Shown one piece after another: positions 16,524-21,513 of a stretch of 21,513 nucleotides of DNA. Numbering within the stretch: the first letter of the stretch is position 1; each line of letters starts with the position of its first letter. The notes beneath the pieces were generated by a model. It searched no databases. It worked only from the letters and a program-made list of their open reading frames with translations, and had not been told where the DNA came from. A program made the translations under genes and the position numbers. Source of the DNA: Candidatus Methylomirabilia bacterium (GTDB taxonomy: Bacteria > Methylomirabilota > Methylomirabilia > Rokubacteriales > CSP1-6); contig JBGQHJ010000087.1 in the NCBI GenBank assembly GCA_041497895.1, positions 1 through 21,513 of the forward strand, given 5' to 3'.

Positions 16524-16560
16524 GGGAAGAAACTCCCCGCCGGCTCCAGTAGTTCTTCCC
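16524..16560. promoter_or_regulatory. Candidate paired enhancer between divergent sigma54 promoters
   Basis: GGGAAGAAACTCCC and AGTAGTTCTTCCC; outer inverted repeat GGGAAGAA...TTCTTCCC. Confidence 0.45.
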
Positions 16561-16623
16561 TGCTCGCGCCCCGCGGGTGCCAGCACCGGACGCTCGATGG
16601 GCCAACTCCGTTTCGCGCCCCAC

Positions 16624-16638
16624 TGGCACATACCTTGC
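16624..16638 (+). promoter_or_regulatory. Sigma54 -24/-12 promoter
   Basis: TGGCAC-ATACC-TTGC. Confidence 0.85.
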
Positions 16639-16652
16639 CTGCTCTCGTCGCC

Positions 16653-17522
16653 ATGCTGAGACTCAAAGGGGAACATGACAGGCACGAGCGAGACGAGATC
16701 ACGCGCGAGGATGTGTTTCCGGGCGACGAGATCGCCGAGCGGGGCGACGAGGCGTACGGCGAGGTCGACCCGGGTCGGCCGAGGTGGACGCCGCCCCTTC
16801 GCGGTCCCGCCGTCGCGGCGGGAGCCTTCGTCCCGACCTTCCTCCTGATCTTCTTCGGCCTGCCCTACGTGCTGGGATCCGCGGCGCCGGCTCGGACACC
16901 GACCACGACCACATCTGCTCCCGGCCCGCTGGCTTCCCGCGGCACCGACTCCGGGCTCGCGTCGAGGTCCTCCGCCTCCGAGGTGCTCCGCGGAGACGTG
17001 CGGAGCGATCAGGCGGGCCGGGGGATGGGCGGCTGGCTCTTCTCGAGCCCGCCGGTCTCCAGCCCACCGACCACCGAGGAGCCGAAAGCCGAGTCGCCCA
17101 GGAGCGATTCGCCGACGAGCGATCCGCCGAGGGCCGATTCGAAGATCGACGACCCGTCCCCGGCAGTCGCCCCCGAGACGGGCCCTTCGCTGCCGCCACC
17201 GAGCAGACCGAGCCGAGGCGAATCCGCTCCCGCGCCCGCGCCGCGCACACCGGAGGGATCTCACCGAATCGCGGCCTCCCCGGCTCCGCCCGAGCCGCGC
17301 CCGGCCGAGCCGCAACCCGTTCCCGAGCCGCGACGCGCTGCGAGAGAGTCACGCGAGTGGACGCCCGCGGCCGCCTTCACGGATCGGACGGCGGCCGGCC
17401 GCCTGGCCAGCAGCATCGAGAAGCAGGGCTATCCCGTCGAGATCCGACAGGATGGCTCCTCGTCGCGGCCGTGGGTGGTGTGGATCGGCGCCCGGCCTAG
17501 CGGCGGCGCGCGCCGCCGCTAG
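16653..17522 (+). CDS. Bitopic membrane protein with Pro/Ser linker and C-terminal SPOR-like half domain
   Basis: Acidic N-tail; TM AVAAGAFVPTFLLIFFGLPYVLG; Pro-rich linker; AAAFTDRTAAGRLASSIEKQGYPVEI...WVVWIG. Confidence 0.7.
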   Translation: MLRLKGEHDRHERDEITREDVFPGDEIAERGDEAYGEVDPGRPRWTPPLRGPAVAAGAFVPTFLLIFFGLPYVLGSAAPARTPTTTTSAPGPLASRGTDSGLASRSSASEVLRGDVRSDQAGRGMGGWLFSSPPVSSPPTTEEPKAESPRSDSPTSDPPRADSKIDDPSPAVAPETGPSLPPPSRPSRGESAPAPAPRTPEGSHRIAASPAPPEPRPAEPQPVPEPRRAARESREWTPAAAFTDRTAAGRLASSIEKQGYPVEIRQDGSSSRPWVVWIGARPSGGARRR

Positions 17523-17526
17523 GCCG
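17493..17526. repeat. Perfect 34-bp palindrome at a convergent gene junction
   Basis: CGGCCTAGCGGCGGCGC|GCGCCGCCGCTAGGCCG, no spacer. Confidence 0.9.
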
Positions 17527-17549
17527 CCAGGCTCCGTTCCGCGCGCCGG

Positions 17550-18935
<1,386 letters not shown>

Positions 18936-19007
18936 AGGTCGTCCCCCTTCGGGTGTGTTGGTGTCCGGTGGATCGAGTGGTCCGGCTCGAGTCTTGGCGA
19001 CCTGGCT

Positions 19008-19022
19008 GCAATCGATGTGCCT
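19008..19022 (-). promoter_or_regulatory. Sigma54 -24/-12 promoter of the bEBP gene
   Basis: AGGCAC-ATCGA-TTGC(A). Confidence 0.7.
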
Positions 19023-19152
19023 CGAAAGTTCCGGGTGGAAAAAGGTACCGGATCGAAGCCTCTGATCTCAATCGCGACTCTCGGTTATCGCCCACACCTC
19101 AGACCCATCATCAAGGTGTCGTCCCGACCGGCCGCCCGATGGAGGGAACATT

Positions 19153-19624
19153 TTACCGTGTAACTACCACCCGGGAGCGGCCGCGTTCCCCCCACGCGAG
19201 ATCGATCAACGCGAGCCCCGTCGCCGGGTCGGTCTTCCGGCGCAGGGCAGCCGGGGCCTCCACGAGCGTGACCTCCAGGATCGGGTCGACGGCCCCTCCG
19301 GTGGCCGCCCAGGGCCGCGCCGTCCGACCGGCCGACCACGACGTGGGCCTGCACCCGGGTCTCCCCGCGATCCAGGGCGATGTTGCCGATCAGCGACAGC
19401 ACCTCGACCTGCTCCCGGATGACCCGCCGCCGGTAGTCCCGCCGGGCGTGGTCGAAGAAACCCAGGGTCACGGCCGCGAGCGCCCCGATCCCGGTCAGGG
19501 AGGCGGCGCGGAGGTCGAACCGCTTCGCCGTCGCGGTCAGCGCCTCCACCGGATCGTCCCCCGTGTCGCACACGAGCACGAACGTGCGGCGCCCGCCCGC
19601 GTCGTCGACCTGCCTGATCTTCAC
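19153..19624 (-). pseudogene. PPC/DUF296-domain protein, frameshifted near 19300
   Basis: GIGAL...EVLSLIGNI...AHVVVG...GGH in one frame; GGAVDPILEVTLVEAPAALRRKTDPATGLALID continues in another. Confidence 0.8.
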
Positions 19625-19638
19625 GACGTCCCTCCCGC

Positions 19639-19992
19639 TCAGGCTCGCTCGGCCACCGCTTCCTTGTCCCGCTTGCGCAGGCCCACCAGGCAGGTCACGA
19701 GCACGCCGGTCATCACCGTGAGCAGCCCGAGCTCGATCATCGCGTAGCGGAACGCCGACTCGCCCTGGTCCATCATCAGGATCAGGAGTAGCTGGTCGAG
19801 CACCGCCACCACGCTCGCGCCGATCGCCCCGCCGAGCAGGCTCCGGGGGAAGTAGACCGCCGCGTTCGCGAGTAGCGCTGCACCCCCCGCCGCGAGGACG
19901 ACGCCCAGCCCCACGTAGAGCACGTCCTCGACCATGGTGAAGGCCTGGGCGATCCGCTCGCGCGCGGACCGGCTCTGACTCGACCGGCTCAT
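19639..19992 (-). CDS. PsiE-like (phosphate-starvation-inducible E-like) membrane protein, probably internally deleted
   Basis: VEDVLYVGLGVVL...LDQLLLILM then directly MDQGESAFRYAMIELGLL; alternative GTG start at 20031 overlapping the upstream stop. Confidence 0.6.
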   Translation of the reverse strand: MSRSSQSRSARERIAQAFTMVEDVLYVGLGVVLAAGGAALLANAAVYFPRSLLGGAIGASVVAVLDQLLLILMMDQGESAFRYAMIELGLLTVMTGVLVTCLVGLRKRDKEAVAERA

Positions 19993-20027
19993 CGCGCGAT
20001 GCCCCGGAGCGGAAGTCGGCCACCGGG

Positions 20028-20180
20028 TCACAGGCGCCCGGTCAGCACGAGGGCCAGCAGGATGAGGAGCGCCGCCGCCAGCGCGCTGCTCGGGTAATAG
20101 CCCCAGTCCCGGCTGTACGGCCACGCCGGGATCGCCCCGAGGGCCAGCACCACCAGCACCACGATCAGCCCGATCGCCAT
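20028..20180 (-). CDS. DUF3309-family small membrane protein (50 aa)
   Basis: LGAIPAWPYSRDWGYYPS between two hydrophobic segments. Confidence 0.85.
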   Translation of the reverse strand: MAIGLIVVLVVLALGAIPAWPYSRDWGYYPSSALAAALLILLALVLTGRL

Positions 20181-20182
20181 GT

Positions 20183-20210
20183 CCGCCCATCGGCATGCCG
20201 CCCATCGGCA
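20183..20210. repeat. 13-bp direct repeat (period 15) in the DUF3309 leader
   Basis: CCGCCCATCGGCA at 20183-20195 and 20198-20210. Confidence 0.8.
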
Positions 20211-20241
20211 CGTCCGGATGTCGCCTCCGGCCCCATCGTCG

Positions 20242-20256
20242 GCAATCGCTGTGCCA
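20242..20256 (-). promoter_or_regulatory. Sigma54 -24/-12 promoter of the DUF3309 operon
   Basis: TGGCAC-AGCGA-TTGC. Confidence 0.85.
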
Positions 20257-20352
20257 GGCGCCGCGCACGTGGTGGTGTCGCGGCCGGGCGCTCGAAACGC
20301 GCCTCCCACGCCCCGCGCTCCCGCCCGCGCGCGCGACGGCGCACTGGACGCC

Positions 20353-20388
20353 GGAAAAGGTTACCGCCCGGGCCCGGTAGCGCCGACC
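20353..20388. promoter_or_regulatory. Candidate paired enhancer between divergent sigma54 promoters
   Basis: GGAAAAGGTTACC and GGTAGCGCCGACC, 23 bp apart; the second site is degenerate. Confidence 0.35.
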
Positions 20389-20452
20389 CGCGGCCCGACG
20401 GCGCCGCGCCTTTCTGGCGCGTGGCCCGCGTGGTACCGTGTGGACGACCCGT

Positions 20453-20467
20453 TGGCGTCGACCTTGC
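20453..20467 (+). promoter_or_regulatory. Sigma54 -24/-12 promoter of the CmpX-like/treY operon
   Basis: TGGCGT-CGACC-TTGC(T), then GGAGG and ATG 20487. Confidence 0.72.
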
Positions 20468-20486
20468 TCTCCTGGAGGCGCGGATC

Positions 20487-21191
20487 ATGACCGATATGTG
20501 GAGCGATCTCGTGTGGGCCGCTCTCGGCGATCTCAAGACACGGCTGATGCTCGTGCTCCCGGGGATCCTGGCCATGCTGACGCTGGCCGCGGTCGGGCTG
20601 GCCGGCGCGTGGATCAGCGCGCGCATCGCCCGGCGCCTGGCGCAGGCGGTCGCGTTCGACCGCCGGGCGGAGGCGTGGGGCATCGTAGCCGCGCTCAACC
20701 GCGCGGGGGTGCGCAAGCCGCCCTCACAGGTGCTGGGGCTCATCGTCTTCTGGAGCGTGCTCGTGCTCTTCCTGCCGGTGGCCATCGACGCGCTCGCCAT
20801 CCCCGGCACCGGGCGCCTCACCGAGTTCGTCTTCTCGTGGGTCCCGCGCGTGATGGGCGCCGCCCTGATCCTGCTCGTGGGCTGGCTGGTGGCGAACTTC
20901 CTCGGCGAGGGCGTCCTCATCGCGGCGGTCAACGCCCGCCTGCCCGAGGCGCGCCTCCTGGCCCGGGCCATCCGGTGGGGCGTGCTGCTCTTCGCGAGCG
21001 CCACCGCGATCACCCACCTCGGCATCGGCAAGGAGATGGTGCTGGTCGCGTTCGGGATCACCTTCGGTGGGCTGATCTTCGCGCTGGCCCTGGCCTTCGG
21101 GCTGGGCGGCCGCGGGCTGGCCCGCCAGATCCTCGAGCGCCACCTCCGCGGCCGCGAGCCGCATCCGCGCGAGACACTGACCCACCTCTAG
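20487..21191 (+). CDS. CmpX-like / MscS-associated TM-helix repeat membrane protein
   Basis: Two LPGIL/VPRVMGAALILLVGWLVA-type repeats and the C-terminal ALALAFGLGGR motif. Confidence 0.8.
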   Translation: MTDMWSDLVWAALGDLKTRLMLVLPGILAMLTLAAVGLAGAWISARIARRLAQAVAFDRRAEAWGIVAALNRAGVRKPPSQVLGLIVFWSVLVLFLPVAIDALAIPGTGRLTEFVFSWVPRVMGAALILLVGWLVANFLGEGVLIAAVNARLPEARLLARAIRWGVLLFASATAITHLGIGKEMVLVAFGITFGGLIFALALAFGLGGRGLARQILERHLRGREPHPRETLTHL

Positions 21192-21196
21192 GCCGC

Positions 21197-21513
21197 ATGA
21201 TCGACGCCGGCGCGCTCTTCCAGCAGGCGGCGGCGGCCCTGCGCCGCGAGCGCCGGGCGACCTACCGCCTGCAGCTCGGGAGCGCGCTCGGCTTCGACGA
21301 GGTGGCGGCCCTCGGCGACTACCTCGACGCGCTCGGCATCAGCGACGTGTACCTCTCTCCGTGCTTTCGCTGCGGACCGGGCAGCTCGCACGGGTACGAC
21401 GTCACCGACCACAACGCCTTCAATCCGGAGCTCGGCAGCGCCGCCACCTTCGACCGGATGGCCGCCCGTCTGACCGCGCAGGGGCTCGGGCTCATCCTGG
21501 ACGTGGTGCCGAA
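21197..21513 (+). CDS. treY: Malto-oligosyltrehalose synthase, 5' part (runs off the window's right edge)
   Basis: Manual translation from ATG 21197: ATYRLQ, DYLDALGISDVYLSP, GSSHGYDVTDH, NPELG, GLILDVVP. Absent from the ORF track. Confidence 0.92.
   Translation, partial: MIDAGALFQQAAAALRRERRATYRLQLGSALGFDEVAALGDYLDALGISDVYLSPCFRCGPGSSHGYDVTDHNAFNPELGSAATFDRMAARLTAQGLGLILDVVP

Noticed and set aside
16568..16582. Extra sigma54-like site TGGCAC-CCGCG-GGGC (minus strand)
   Set aside because: Poor -12 element, and a perfect site lies closer to the ANTAR gene.
16675..16848. ATG with an AAAGGGG RBS-like sequence inside the SPOR-like gene
   Set aside because: Out of frame with the TM/SPOR ORF and gives a short low-complexity peptide; not supportable.
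19085..20023. 312-aa ORF as a single fusion protein
   Set aside because: Its 5' half is an off-frame reading of the PsiE-like gene and its 3' end is post-frameshift sequence; only the middle is DUF296.

Overview
High-GC (~70%, estimated by eye) bacterial chromosomal window. The protein styles resemble Candidatus Rokubacteria/Methylomirabilota, but that assignment is inference only. Housekeeping-type genes include GTP-dependent PEP carboxykinase, a CBS protein, a hydroxyacid-oxoacid transhydrogenase and a DAO-family oxidoreductase; several sit behind sigma70-like promoters. The main signal is ten sigma54 (-24/-12) promoters, seven of them exact TGGCAC-N5-TTGC matches, each correctly oriented ahead of a gene start. 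Their targets are: an orphan mreB; a BON-like/MlaC/OB-fold/class A PBP operon; a SPOR-like membrane protein; a PilZ protein; a pseudo-receiver ANTAR protein; a stand-alone receiver; an unannotated CxxC..HxxCxxH microprotein module; a DUF3309/PsiE-like/DUF296 operon; a CmpX-like/treY operon; and the local NtrC-family activator. Paired candidate enhancer sites 22-24 bp apart lie upstream of several promoters. Together this suggests a sigma54-wired envelope-remodelling/stress or dormancy programme. The activator gene is interrupted by an in-frame TAG, and its two upstream neighbours carry a frameshift and a probable internal deletion. No rRNA, tRNA, CRISPR array or mobile element was recognised.
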